A stretch of DNA of 30,924 nucleotides from Macrostomum lignano (taxonomy: Eukaryota): positions 1 through 30,924 of the forward strand of contig NIVC01004935.1 in NCBI GenBank assembly GCA_002269645.1, written 5' to 3'. The notes beneath the pieces were generated by a model. That model was not told the origin of the DNA, did not search any database, and was given only the letters and a program-made list of their open reading frames with translations. A program made the translations under genes and the position numbers. Shown in pieces: positions 20,521 through 30,924 of this stretch (position 1 is its first letter; every line of letters begins with the position of its first letter).

Positions 20521-21395
20521 CCGCTAGTTTATGGTTAGGCGTCGCCCTTGTCAGCTGTTCCCTCGCCCTCGCCCTGGGTTGCTGTCTGCCGCTGGTCAGC
20601 TTCCCGCGCCCCCCCTTTTGTCTGCTTGTTGTCGCCCGCCCTTTTGTCGCTCGGTTGCGTCTCTGTTCTCAGCCCCCAGCCTCTCGGCTGTTAGCTGTCT
20701 CTGTTTCGCTCCCGTCCCGTTTTCCCTGTCTTGTGAGCAAGTCACATGACAGTTCTTGCGTTCTTTGAGTCTTAAAGTGCAGTAAACATGTTTACTGCAC
20801 TCGTTGGCCCTGTTTACCGGGTGAGTCACGTGCTTTCGGACCCCTCCCTTCTCTAAGGAGAGGAGTGACTCATGTTGCTAAAAATAGCAACTGAGTCACA
20901 GCCGCGTGTACTCTGGCCGGGGACCTCAAGTGACGTCAGTTCTAAAAATAGAACAATTCACGAGGTCTTCCGCGCGCTTGTACCCTGCCCGAGACTCTCG
21001 AGTGACGTCAGTTCTAAAAATAGAACAAGTCACGAGGTCTTGAGCGCGGGTGTTTCCCGGCTATAAATAGGAGCCCTCTCCCCCTTGTTTCCGTCAAGGA
21101 GTCTTCTTTCTGTTCAACCTCGAGTTCTACGTCTGCGTGTGACTAAATCCCGAGTGTCTGAGCCTTTGCGCATATTGATTCTATTCCTATTGCTCCGACT
21201 GAAACCCGACCAAGTCAACCCAAGTCTACGAGAGGCTAACTCAGCCCTCCCTCTACCATCCTAGCCCGGCAGGTACTGCTGACGAGACGCCCTATTCGTT
21301 GCGCTCTAAATCTGCACGCTGTGCTGTGTTCGTTGACTTCATTATTTCGTTCCGACGGGAAGCTCACCTCACCGAAGGCCGAGACCTGAAGGAAC
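20512..21395 (+). repeat. Putative 5' LTR
   Basis: Starts tgtagtg where copy 4 ORF1 homology ends, contains an enhancer-like cluster and a TATA box (21062-21069), and is followed by the PBS. No second copy exists to confirm it and it lacks a terminal CA. Confidence 0.55.
20822..21070 (+). promoter_or_regulatory. LTR enhancer/promoter: 3 AP-1, 3 MEF2 and 2 CRE consensus sites plus TATA; 41-nt direct repeat at 72-nt spacing
   Basis: TGAGTCA/TGACTCA at 20822, 20866, 20892. CTAAAAATAG at 20878, 20942, 21014. TGACGTCA at 20931, 21003. TATAAATA at 21062. Repeat 20929-20969 vs 21001-21041 with one mismatch. Confidence 0.75.
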
Positions 21396-21405
21396 TGGTG
21401 GCAGC
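21396..21405 (+). other. Candidate primer-binding site, tRNA-Leu-like
   Basis: TGGTGGCAGC is complementary to the 3' end (...GCTGCCACCA) of animal tRNA-Leu(AAG/TAG) and lies just upstream of gag. Confidence 0.55.
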
Positions 21406-21523
21406 ACTACCTACGCTACTGAGAGTTGAGAGAACTTCCCACTGAAGAGGCTCGAGTCTTAAGGTAATCCTTAAGTGCCTAAACCGGCAAGAAACCCAAC
21501 TGTACTTCACTGGTGACGCAGCG

Positions 21524-22772
21524 GTGAGATCCGACTACGACACACCCAAGCCAACCTCTCTTTCGAGAACGACATCGGCCAGTAACTACTACGAGTTCAA
21601 CATGTTCAACGAACGAGACGAGAGCCGGTGCAGCAGCCGGCTGGATCAGCACATCAGCAGTTCGAGGCCTGCGGCAGCGGACGCCGCAGCAGCAGCAGCG
21701 ATCAACGACTTTGGTCAGCAGCCAACGCCGAGGCAAGGTGCGAGAAGCGAGGTGTCCGACGACCCGCCAGACGAGCTTCTGCAAGGCCTGGACAACATCG
21801 GCCGGAACATCATGCACCAGGACGTGAGGACCATCATGGCAGCTCTGCAGCAGCAGATGGAGCGGCCCGTGAGTAAACAAGTTAAAATTGTGAAGTTTAC
21901 TCCAAGTCAGGACATTCATGTCTGGCTTGCCGCGTTCGAGCAGCGTTGCGAGATGGAGCGCATCGTCGACCCGTTCGAGATGAAACAACACCTCATCGCG
22001 AGTCTTGATTTGGCTACTGCGTATCCTTCCTTGCTTAGTATGAATCTTCCGCGTTTCGCCAGCTACGAGGAGGTCAAGCAGCGTCTGATTGAGCGATTTG
22101 CCCGTCATGGTGGTGCTGATGAGTACAGAGAACTGTTGCGACGTCGTCAACAAGGCAAGAATGAGTCAGCAGAAGAGTTTGCTGACGCCCTGAGAACTCT
22201 TGGTGAACGTGTATCCTCGGATGCACCCTGAAGACCACGAGAAGGAGATTGCGGATCAATTTCTTGCTGGTATTCGGACGACTCCAGACCTGCGTGAACG
22301 GCTGTACTGGGTCCGCCCAAATAATCTTCTTGCTGCGATTCGAGAACTACGACGACTAGAAGGCGCCAAAGAATTGGCGCAGCGAACCGCTCAACCCCCG
22401 GTTAGGATGTTGGACGGGGAGCAGGACGGCGACCCGAAGCCCGACGTCACCGCCCAAGCCTTGCTAACTCTAACCGACTTGATCGAGAAGCAGCAGCGAC
22501 TGCTTGATCACCTAGTGCAGCGTGACCAGCAGCAGGTAGCAAGTCCGCCGCAGAGGGCCATAGTCCGTTATGGCTGCGGACAGCCAGGTCACCGCATTAC
22601 CCAGTGCCCGATGCGCCAGAACCAGGGAAACGGCCAGGCGGAGAGCGACAACGGCACCGCCCTCCGCGAGGTCCAAGTCCAGGCTACGTGGCAGACTCCG
22701 AGAGGTCACCAGAAGAAGAGGATGTCGGCTGTGCAGGCGCCAATGCCCACTCCGACAGTCGCTCGTCAGTAA
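21524..22772 (+). pseudogene. Gypsy gag (capsid-like domain plus degenerate zinc knuckle)
   Basis: WLAAFE...YEEVKQRLIERF...RRQQGKNESAEEFADALRTLG, frameshift near 22210, then DQFLAGI...RYGCGQPGHRITQC with the first Cys replaced by Arg at 22566. First in-frame ATG is at 21602. Confidence 0.85.
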
Positions 22773-25700
22773 GTGACGCGGAGTGCGGAGGTTTCGTGGA
22801 CACCTCCCCGAATCAAAAAATCCATGCGCGTGAGGCCGATCCGTACGTCACAGGTCGAGTTGCGAGTCGAGAGGTCCCTTTCTTGCTTGACAGCGGCAGC
22901 CGGAAAAACTTTCTTGGTTCGTCAACCTGGGCCGCTATTAGACGCCGGATGCCTCGTTGTATTATATCGCATGCTATTCCCGATTGCGTAACTATGTATG
23001 ATGGGACGCAGCTCCCACTTGCTTGTAAGGTGACCATTCCGGTGGAGTTCGGTGATGTCGTCGCGGACACCGAATTCCTCGTCATGGTCTCCGATTGCGA
23101 AAATTTGCTTGGCGTATCGTTTATGCGAGAGCACTGCCAGAACTTGGACTTCGCTCAAGGAATGTTGAAGTTTAACAATGGCGCGTGCATCCCCGTTCGT
23201 TATTCGCGGCGTGAGCTTCAGAACTGCCGAGTGTACACCTCTGAGAAGTGCACCCTGCCGCCTAGAAGTTCAGCGCTGCTTGCCGTCAGACTGGATGACG
23301 GCCACCCTGAGAATCGAGGATCGCCATCAATTGTCGAGCTGGTTAAGTCGAGGCTGCATCCCAGCTGCAACGCTCTGGAAGCAGCGCCTGCTCTGATGAC
23401 GATGCCTGAAGGTCGCGGCTACATTGAGGTCGTCAACACCGCCGACAGCGAGGTGTTCCTGCAAGCCGGTATCCGTGTTGGTGTTGCAACCCCACTCCGA
23501 ACTGCCGACCTGATGTACTTGAGCGAGACGCCCGAACCTGAAGTGCGACACCTCCCGAAGAACTCTGAAGAGTCCAGCACAGCATGGCTAGATGAAGTCG
23601 AGATCAACAGCGAATTGTCCAAAGAACAACATCAAAGAGTGCGAGATCTACTAGTCGAATGTCAAGCGGCCTTCTCCAAGCACTCGCTAGACGCCGGCCT
23701 GACTCACCTGGTGACCCACGAGATCATCTTGAAGGACCGGACACCAGTCGCGCTACCACCGCGCCGAATCCCGCTTCATCTGAAGGACAAACTCGACGCC
23801 CTGCTGGACGAGATGTTGGCGAAGCACATCATTCGCCCTGCCTACTCGAGCTACAATTCGCCAATGCTCATCGTGCCCAAGAAGGACGGCAACATCCGAC
23901 TAGTCCACGACTTCAGAGCTCTCAACAACAGGTGTGTGTATCACCCGTATCCGCTGCCGCACATCCAGGAAACCTTCGCGAAGCTTCGTGGTGCTCAGTG
24001 GTATTCCAGCTTGGACCTTGCTCAAGGATTCTGGCAGATCCCGCTGCGCGACTGCGACCAGCACTTGACGGCATTCTCAGTAATCGACCGCGGCCAATTC
24101 TGTTTTAACGTTCTACCGATGGGTCTCCACGATAGTCCCGGCAGCTTTCAGCGTTGCATCAATAAGCTCCTGGACGGCCTGACGCCAAGGACTGCGCTTG
24201 GCTACATGGATGACATCGTGGTGCACTTAGTGACTTTCGAGGAACAGCTGGATAATTTGCGAACTGTACTCCAGCGCATCATCGCAGCCAACCTCAAAGT
24301 GAAACCGAAGAAGTGTCATTTGTTCCTCAAGGAGCTGCATTATTTAGGTCACGTCCTGACTCCCGACGGCCTGAAGACCTGTGAGGACAAGATTGCGCAG
24401 ATCCGTGATTGGCCCGTGCCACAGTCCGTTACTTAACTGAGACAATTCCTAGGCCTCGCCAATTACTACCACAAGTTTGTCGACGGCTACGCTGGAGTGG
24501 CTGCGCCGCTGCATGCCCTGACGCGAAAGGACATTGGCAGCCTGCGGCAGCACTGGACTCCCGAGCATCAGGTAGCGTTCGACACCTTGAAGAAGAAATT
24601 GTGTTCTACTGAAGTTCTCGCTCTGCCTGAATTTAATTCTGATCCTGCTGTGAAGTTTGTCCTCGACACGAATGCCTCTGATATTCGAATAGGCGCTTGC
24701 CTTGGACAACTGCAATCCGACGGCGTCGAACGTCCAATTGCATTCTTTAGCCGTAAACTTCGCGATCCTGAGAAGCGCTACACGGTCACGAAGAAAGAGC
24801 TGCTTGCAATTGTGGACGCTATGCGACATTTCCGTCATTACCTAATCGGCAAGAAGTTTGAAGTTCGATCCGATCATCGGGCCTTACTGTGGTTACTGAA
24901 CCAGACTCAGGCCACAGGTATTTTAGGCCGCTGGATCGAACGCCTAAGCGAGTTCCGCTTCCAGCTCAACCACCGCAAGGGCAAGGACCACGCCAACGCT
25001 GATGCCCTGTCAAGAGGACCGGAGGCGCCGCCGATCTCCTTCGAGCATGGCAGACTGCTAGAGCAACCTGGTTCTACAGCCCGACCCGGTGACGACCACG
25101 ACCTGGAACCGGATTTGGACCCGAAACCCGAGGCCACTGCCAGAGCAGCCCTCCTGAAGACAGTCCACTCTCGCTGCTTGGAGGCCGAGACTGACCTGGA
25201 CGAAGACCTGGAAGCCACCGCGCCAGCAGCCTTCCAGCACGACGCCCACCGCTGCAGTCAACGCCTGGAGACCGGCCTGGACGACAACTCAGAGGCCACT
25301 GCGACAACAGTCCTCTGCCGCGATGCCCATGCCGCCCGCTGCAATTTGGAGACCAACCTGGACAAGACCTTGAGGCCACTGGGGACACAGACCTTGACGA
25401 CGCCCAAGACTACAGGTCTCGGACTCTGAAGACGCACACGGACCAAGATTCAAAGGCCACCGCACCAGCAGCCCTTCTGATGACGGCCCGCAACGCAACT
25501 CCAGGCAAGCAATTTAACTACAACCCCTCCGAGCCTTTCGCTGAGATTTCTCGCCGTGTTGACAGAGGCCAGAATCTCGCGCCAGCTGCAAGGTCGAAGC
25601 TCTGTCCCCGGGCCGACAGACAGCTGCTCATCGCCTGTGCGGAAAGTCGAGTCCCCCTTTGCGACACCGTCCAGTGCAGGAGAAGACTCACCCAATTTCG

Positions 25701-27431
25701 ACGACGACTGAGCCGACGGCTACGGCTGCCTGTGACGAGGCGTGCTTCACGTGTTGCGTCCCGCCCTACAGCCAAGAGTCGCCTGGGCTAGGCAGTGGAG
25801 GCATGCGCGCTGCTCCATCTGCGGAATTTTCTGTCAAGAGAGCGACGATGAGAACTTCGATTCGAGATCAACGGACGTACTCCGACGTTGAGACAAAGTC
25901 CCTCGGAGCGACCTAATCCTGACGCCGACAAGACGGTGCCGTGTGATCGACTTGGAGCCATTAAAGCGGAGACTGCGGGAATCCGGACCCCTCAGCCATG
26001 CCACGCTGTGCTCACTGATTTTCTGAAGCTGCCGATGACTCGCCAACAGTTCGTTGACGCCCAACGCGCTGACCGAGCCATCAGCTACGTGCTCAACCTG
26101 GTCGAGAACGAAGCCCCGAAGCCTGAGTTCGACGCCCGGTTGCGACTGACGAAGGAGCAGCGGAACCTGCTCGGATACTACGATAACCTGGAGGAGGACA
26201 ACGGCCTGCTGCTGATTGACCTGTCCGATGGCCAGCAGCCGCCAAAGGTTGTTCTGCCTGAGGCCCTTGACGCCCAGGTGCTCCAGGAGCTCCACAGTTC
26301 GCCACTGTGTGGACACCTCGGCGAGACGAAGACGTTACTGCGGCTACTCTGGAGACCCGGATTAGCCCGTGCTACCAAGACCTTCATCAGTAAGTGCCGC
26401 ACCTGCCTTGAAAGTAAATCGCGACGGCGAGAGAGAGTTCCGGTCCAGAGCTTCCCAGTTTGCGAAGTTCTGGGTAGAATCCACTGTGATGTAGTAGGAC
26501 CGATCGCGCAGGAGAGCAAGAGCGGCAACCGCTACATCATGACCTTGTGCGATGCGCCGTCGAAGTATCCATTCGCCTACCCGATGAGAAACCAGGAAGC
26601 CAAGACAGTCATCAAGCTTCTGCAGGAGCGCTTCATCCCCGAGTTCGGTGTACCATGCTGGATCCACACCGACCAAGGCACCAACTTCACCAGTTCGGCC
26701 TTCAAGAAGTTCTGCGACCTGTTTGGCATTCGGCATACGACAACAACACCGTACAATCCAGCTTCCAATGGACAAGTCGAGAACCTCAACAAGCAGTTGA
26801 AGAGTGTCCTCACCTGTCTGCTCGAGCGCAACCACAACGACTGGGACACCTTCCTCCCGGCCTGCCTGATGGCTCTCCGCTCCAGCGTGCACCCGGTGAC
26901 CGGTTTCACGCCTCACTACCTGGTGTTCGGCCGTGACTTCCGACTCCAGATCGACAACGCGCTGAAGAAGCTGCCCTAAAGAAGCTGCCCGAGTATGCCG
27001 ACCTGCCCGACTACGTCAAGGACTTCCAACGTCGCCTGGACGAGGCGACTGAGCTAGCCAAGGAGCGCCTGCATCTGCACCAGCAACTGCGAGACGAGCA
27101 CTACTCGAACCTGCCCGCCGCCAAGAAGCTTCAACCCGGTGATCTGGTCTTCCTCAACAATCCGGTGCTTGAACCGGACGAGGCGGAGAAGTTTCATCGA
27201 CAGCGCAAAGCACTGTACGAAGTTGTCGAGCCTAAGGGCGAGGTTGTCTACAAGATTCGACGGAGACTGCCCAACCCGAGAGCTAGACGAGACGAACTAG
27301 TCGTCCATCGCCGGAACCTTCTGCTCGTGCCTGACGCTGACTACACGAGGACATCTGATCCTGAAGTCGACAAGCCGAAGAAACGCCGGCGGCCGCCCGA
27401 CGTCCCGATTGCGCAGGACCCGCGACCCTGA
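22604..27431 (+). pseudogene. Gypsy pol: protease, RT, RNase H, long repeat linker, integrase with GPY/F-like tail
   Basis: FLLDSGS (Asp 22889), YMDD (24203-24214), nonsense TAA at 24434, RNase H TNAS...ERPIAFFSRKL...KELLAI...SDHRAL, integrase H..GH..C..C and D(26488)/D(26671)/E(26779), then PGDLVFL...VVHRRNL after a frameshift at ~26977. Confidence 0.93.
25100..25490 (+). repeat. About five copies of a degenerate 81-nt (27-aa) coding repeat between RNase H and integrase
   Basis: gaggccac-like anchors at 25130, 25211, 25292, 25372 and 25453 (spacing 81, 81, 80, 81). Peptide pattern LETxLDxxxEATAxxxxxxxxHxRC. Confidence 0.8.
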
Positions 27432-28009
27432 CGCCGATTCCCGAAGACGACCAGGACGACCCCGACGATGATGATGATGACGGCTACGACGCAAGGCCGG
27501 CCTTCCGATGGCACTTCCGGCCTTTGGCGACCCGGAGGTGCAGCCAGGAGGTGGACCGGTCACGACACCAGCGAACCAGGCAAGTGCACTTCGGCGTGAG
27601 CCAGTGCCGTATGGTGAATGTCATTTGCATGAGCCTGTTCTTGATGCGTCTATGCCTGCTGTTTCTTTTCCGCCCGTTTCTGCTCCCGTCCCCAGTGCTG
27701 ATTTTTCTGTGGTCCAGACCCCTGGGCCGTCGCTATGCACCACTCCGGTGGAAGCGCCTGTAGGAATTGTAGATGCCGGTAGGCCGGCTAGGAATCGTAG
27801 GCAGCCTGAGAGGCTGATTATTAATCCTAGGCCAAGACTTATGTTAGCCGCATCGCCCGCATCCGCTCGCAAATTGAACCGCATTTCAGCACAGAAATGC
27901 ACCGCCGAGCATTCAAGCGCACTGAGCGCTCGCCAACCGAAGAGGACCGAGCCTCTTCCCGCCGCAACCGGCCTAGGACGGAGTTGCCGTTTCCAACGGA
28001 CTAGGCGAG

Positions 28010-28683
28010 ATGAATATCGCAGTAGATTGCGTTGCTGACACGATTAGCAGCAGCAGTACGACTGCTGGTGGTGGCGCTTCTGCGGCCGCGGTGTCTGCAG
28101 CTCCGTTGCTGGACGACATGGACCTGCGCGCTCAGATCCGAATGTCGTCAGTGAACCAGCGGAAACGTGAGCCCGAGACGAGGTCCTTGACAGCGCGCTG
28201 TCCCGACGTCGTCGTGTCGGCCACCGACTATGCAAGGATAAAGCATGCTGTGTCCGCCTATGTCAAGGGAGGTTACAGGAGTACTGACGCAGATAAATTG
28301 CTTCGGACCTTGTACCTAGCAATTTTCACGGAAGATGAGCTGACTACCTGCTCTTACACGGGACGTAGGTCGACAAAAACTGGTCCGCCACCAAAAGCGG
28401 AAGTGGCAAAGAGAAAAAATTCGCCATTAAGGCGTTTATTCACGGCCTGCAGTTTCCCAACCAAATTCCGGAAAGAAACTATGCCGAGATGTTTAAGTGC
28501 ATTGGATTCTGTACTGCGCGAAAACTAAAAAAATCGCTCAAAGTGGCACCCAGCGGCGATAATAAAAGAAGCAATGAGGTGGCGACGATCGACATCGATG
28601 CCGATGAGGACGCCAACAGTGGTGACAACGGCGATCACAATGACGACGAAGCTGCAGCCTCTCATCCATCTGCAAATCCATGA
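28010..28683 (+). pseudogene. BEN-domain-like protein, one frameshift near 28410, acidic C-terminal tail
   Basis: KLLRTLYLAIFTEDELTTCSYTGRRS...K then KKFAIKAFI...MFKCIGFCTARKLKK resembles the BEN pattern (L..LFT.EEL...S..G....K....K..AI...V). Recognised by eye only. Confidence 0.55.
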
Positions 28684-28928
28684 GTAGAAGTGTACACAGA
28701 CTGAAATGCAGCCATTTCAGGCATTTTATTATTAACTGGGCGTTTTCTGACCTTATCGGGAATTATAGAAAATGGAGAGAGTTGGAGGGAGAAATTTGTG
28801 TATGCAACATATCATGTTACGTTAGGCATTGTGCTAAACTAAACAAAGCTAAACTACACAAAGCTAAATTAAACAAAGCTAAACTAAACCTAAACGTCGC
28901 AGTACAATTGGTTTCTAAACTGCTTAAC

Positions 28929-29164
28929 TTTTGGTCGCACACGTCTGCCATGTCCCACTAGTTCAATTAATTGTTTTTTGGCGCACTTCTGCGATGTCCC
29001 AAATTCAACTAGTTCTTTTTGGCGCACTTCTGCGATTTCCCACTAGTTCAACTAGTTCTTTTTTGGCGCACTTCTGCGATGTCCCACTAGTTCAACTAGT
29101 TCTTTTTTGGCGCACTTCTGCGATGTCCCACTACTTCAACTAGTTCTTTTTTGGCGCACTTCTG
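28929..29164. repeat. 44-bp minisatellite, about 5.5 copies
   Basis: Unit gttcttttttggcgcacttctgcgatgtcccactagttcaacta, repeated head to tail without spacers. Confidence 0.95.
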
Positions 29165-29324
29165 GTAACTATATGCACCATATAATGCATTTGAATACTA
29201 GCGCGCTTCGCGTAAAGCTTTATTGCTGTAAACTACTGGTTATTTCACATCTAATATATTTCTGCTGATTCGTATTCCTGTTACTTATTTACATATTATA
29301 ATACTGTTGGTCAATAGTCAGAAA

Positions 29325-29640
29325 AGGAACACACAAGGTCACAAAACGGTCACACAAATACGGTAACAGTAAACAGTAACATAGTACCCTAAACAAAACT
29401 GTCACAAAGTATGGTAACATTGATCGGTAACATGTGAGTCTGAACAAACGGTAGGAAACTACAGTAACATTGATCGGTAACATGTGACTCTGAAAAAAAC
29501 GGTCACAAATATGGTAACTATGAACGGTATCGTGTTACCTTATTATCATGAACATAAACGGTCACAATAAACGGTCACAATCATTACAGACCACGGTATC
29601 AAGTGGAACGGTAACAGCCCCTTTTTGTGACCGTTTTGTT
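29325..29640. repeat. Degenerate cluster of ACGGTCACAA/GGTAACA motifs with a 14-bp inverted repeat
   Basis: acaaaacggtcaca at 29341-29354 vs tgtgaccgttttgt at 29626-29639. A 31-nt direct repeat at 29414 and 29464 has one mismatch. Confidence 0.7.
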
Positions 29641-29828
29641 TTATACGGGCTTGCGAATTTTCTGGCCAGGGATGCACTTCCGCTTGCGAACAGCCGAGGC
29701 TTATCATCTGGGCGTACTCTTGAACTTGAGAGCCATGAATCGCGAGAATGTCGCCGGTAGACCAATTATTCAAGAGAATATACGTCACAAAACTAATGTG
29801 ACAAATCTAATAGCTTTATTTTTTACAG

Positions 29829-29950
29829 TCGGACTCTGCCGATTCTGCCTGCGGCGCGGCCACATCGCGGCAGAGTGCCGTGATCTACCCCGCCGCAGCC
29901 GCAGCCGCAGCCGCAGCCGCAGCGGCAGCCGCAGCACCGTTGAAGAATGA
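29829..29950 (+). CDS. Probable exon encoding a CCHC zinc knuckle followed by an RS repeat (SR-protein-like C-terminus)
   Basis: CRFCLRRGHIAAEC (CX2CX4HX4C) then RRSRSRSRSRSGSRS*. Preceded by a candidate 72-nt intron 29757-29828 (GT donor, ctaat branch-like motif, T tract, ACAG) with matching phase. Confidence 0.5.
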
Positions 29951-30286
29951 AGAAGTTTTCTATCCAAACGTTTTCTGTTTCTGACACCTGACAAATTGAT
30001 AAGTTCAGTAGCATAACTCTATACATAGCAACTGTTGAGAGAGTTTTTTTAAACGATAAAAATGATTTCCTATATTCCCCAGATTTCCTATTCCTTTTTA
30101 TTATTTGCTATATGTATACTCTGTCAGTTGCTAGGGCACACATAAACAGTTTTTGAAGTAGTTTAACAATTGCTTAATTAAAAATTGTAAAAGAAAGCGT
30201 ACAAATAATTTGTCAAATAAAGATCCACAGAATTTATTACTGGGCACCTGTTCTGTCTGTCCAGTTTGTTAACCTGGAATGGAACC

Positions 30287-30924
30287 AGGATTGGGATAAA
30301 TGGGATCAGGATTGTAAGATTGGAATAAATGGGATAAGGATTGGGATAAATGGGATCAGGATTGCAAGATTGGAATAAATAGGATAAGGATTGGGATAAA
30401 TAGGATCAGGATTGCAAGATTGGAATAAATGGGATAGGGATTGGGATAAATCGGATCAGGATTGCAAGATTGGAATAAATGGGATCGGGATTGGAATAAG
30501 TGGGATCAGGACTGCAAGATTGAAATAAATGGGATCGGGATTGAGATAAATCGGATCGGGATTAAAATAAATCGGATCAGGATTGCAAGATTGGAATAAA
30601 TGGGATCGGGATTAGAATAAAAGGGATCAGGATTGCAAGATTGGAATAAATGGGATCGGGATTGGGATAAATAGGATCAGGATTGCAAGATTGGAATAAA
30701 TGGAATCGGGATTGGAATAAATGGGATCAGGATTGCAAGATTGGAATAAATGGGATCGGGATTGGAATAAATGGGATCAGGATTGCAAGATTGGAATAAA
30801 TGGGATCGGGATTGAAATAAATGGGATCAGGATTGCAAGATTGGAATAAATGGGATCGGGATTGAGATAAATCGGATCAGGATTGCAAGATTGGAATAAA
30901 TGGGATCGGATTGGAATAAATGGG
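30287..30924. repeat. Satellite with a 50-bp higher-order unit made of 21-bp and 29-bp monomers; runs off the window
   Basis: Monomers like aggattgggataaatgggatc (21) alternate with aggattgcaagattggaataaatgggatc (29), with occasional extra 21-mers. Confidence 0.95.

Larger units (their letters stand above)
20512..27850 (+). mobile_element. Ty3/Gypsy LTR retrotransposon, decayed, lacking a recognisable 3' LTR
   Basis: Gag, then PR-RT-RH-IN order, which is diagnostic of Ty3/Gypsy. Candidate PBS at 21396-21405. Both boundaries are approximate. Confidence 0.93.

Noticed and set aside
27841-27860. Possible start of a 3' LTR (tgttagccgc resembles tgtagtgagccgc at 20512)
   Set aside because: Similarity is only a few bases, there is no upstream polypurine tract, and none of the LTR motifs follow.
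21479-27902. Long minus-strand ORFs over the Gypsy element (e.g. 21479-22153, 25834-26316, 26362-26916)
   Set aside because: Antisense shadows of GC-rich gag/pol codons with no recognisable motifs.
27508-28038. Envelope-like third ORF in the Gypsy element
   Set aside because: Pro-rich low-complexity continuation of the pol tail with no signal peptide or transmembrane segment.
28929-29164. CRISPR-like array
   Set aside because: Units are contiguous with no unique spacers, there are no cas genes, and the context is eukaryotic.

Overview
Eukaryotic, transposon-dense window, probably from an invertebrate animal (inferred from spliceosomal intron signals, CIDE-N/BEN-like domains and AP-1/CRE/MEF2 motifs). 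Almost all real coding content is on the + strand. In order: (1) a frameshifted CIDE-N-like gene interrupted by an RTE-type endonuclease fragment (~377-1836). (2) Four divergent, same-orientation non-LTR retrotransposons of Jockey/I-group type (~2190-20520). Their ORF1 has a triple zinc knuckle and their ORF2 has APE plus RT without RNase H. All three copies that retain the ORF1 N-terminus carry an AlkB-family (ALKBH2/3-like) Fe(II)/2-oxoglutarate dioxygenase domain with the HxD...H...RxxxxxR residues conserved. This is the most interesting signal in the window. (3) A decayed Ty3/Gypsy element with a putative 5' LTR holding a dense AP-1/CRE/MEF2 motif cluster, an 81-nt repeat linker between RNase H and integrase, and no 3' LTR (~20512-27850). 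(4) A BEN-domain-like ORF, a zinc-knuckle/RS exon and three tandem-repeat blocks, ending in a 50-bp satellite that runs off the window. Domain calls come from motif recognition by eye; no database searches were run, so novelty is unverified.
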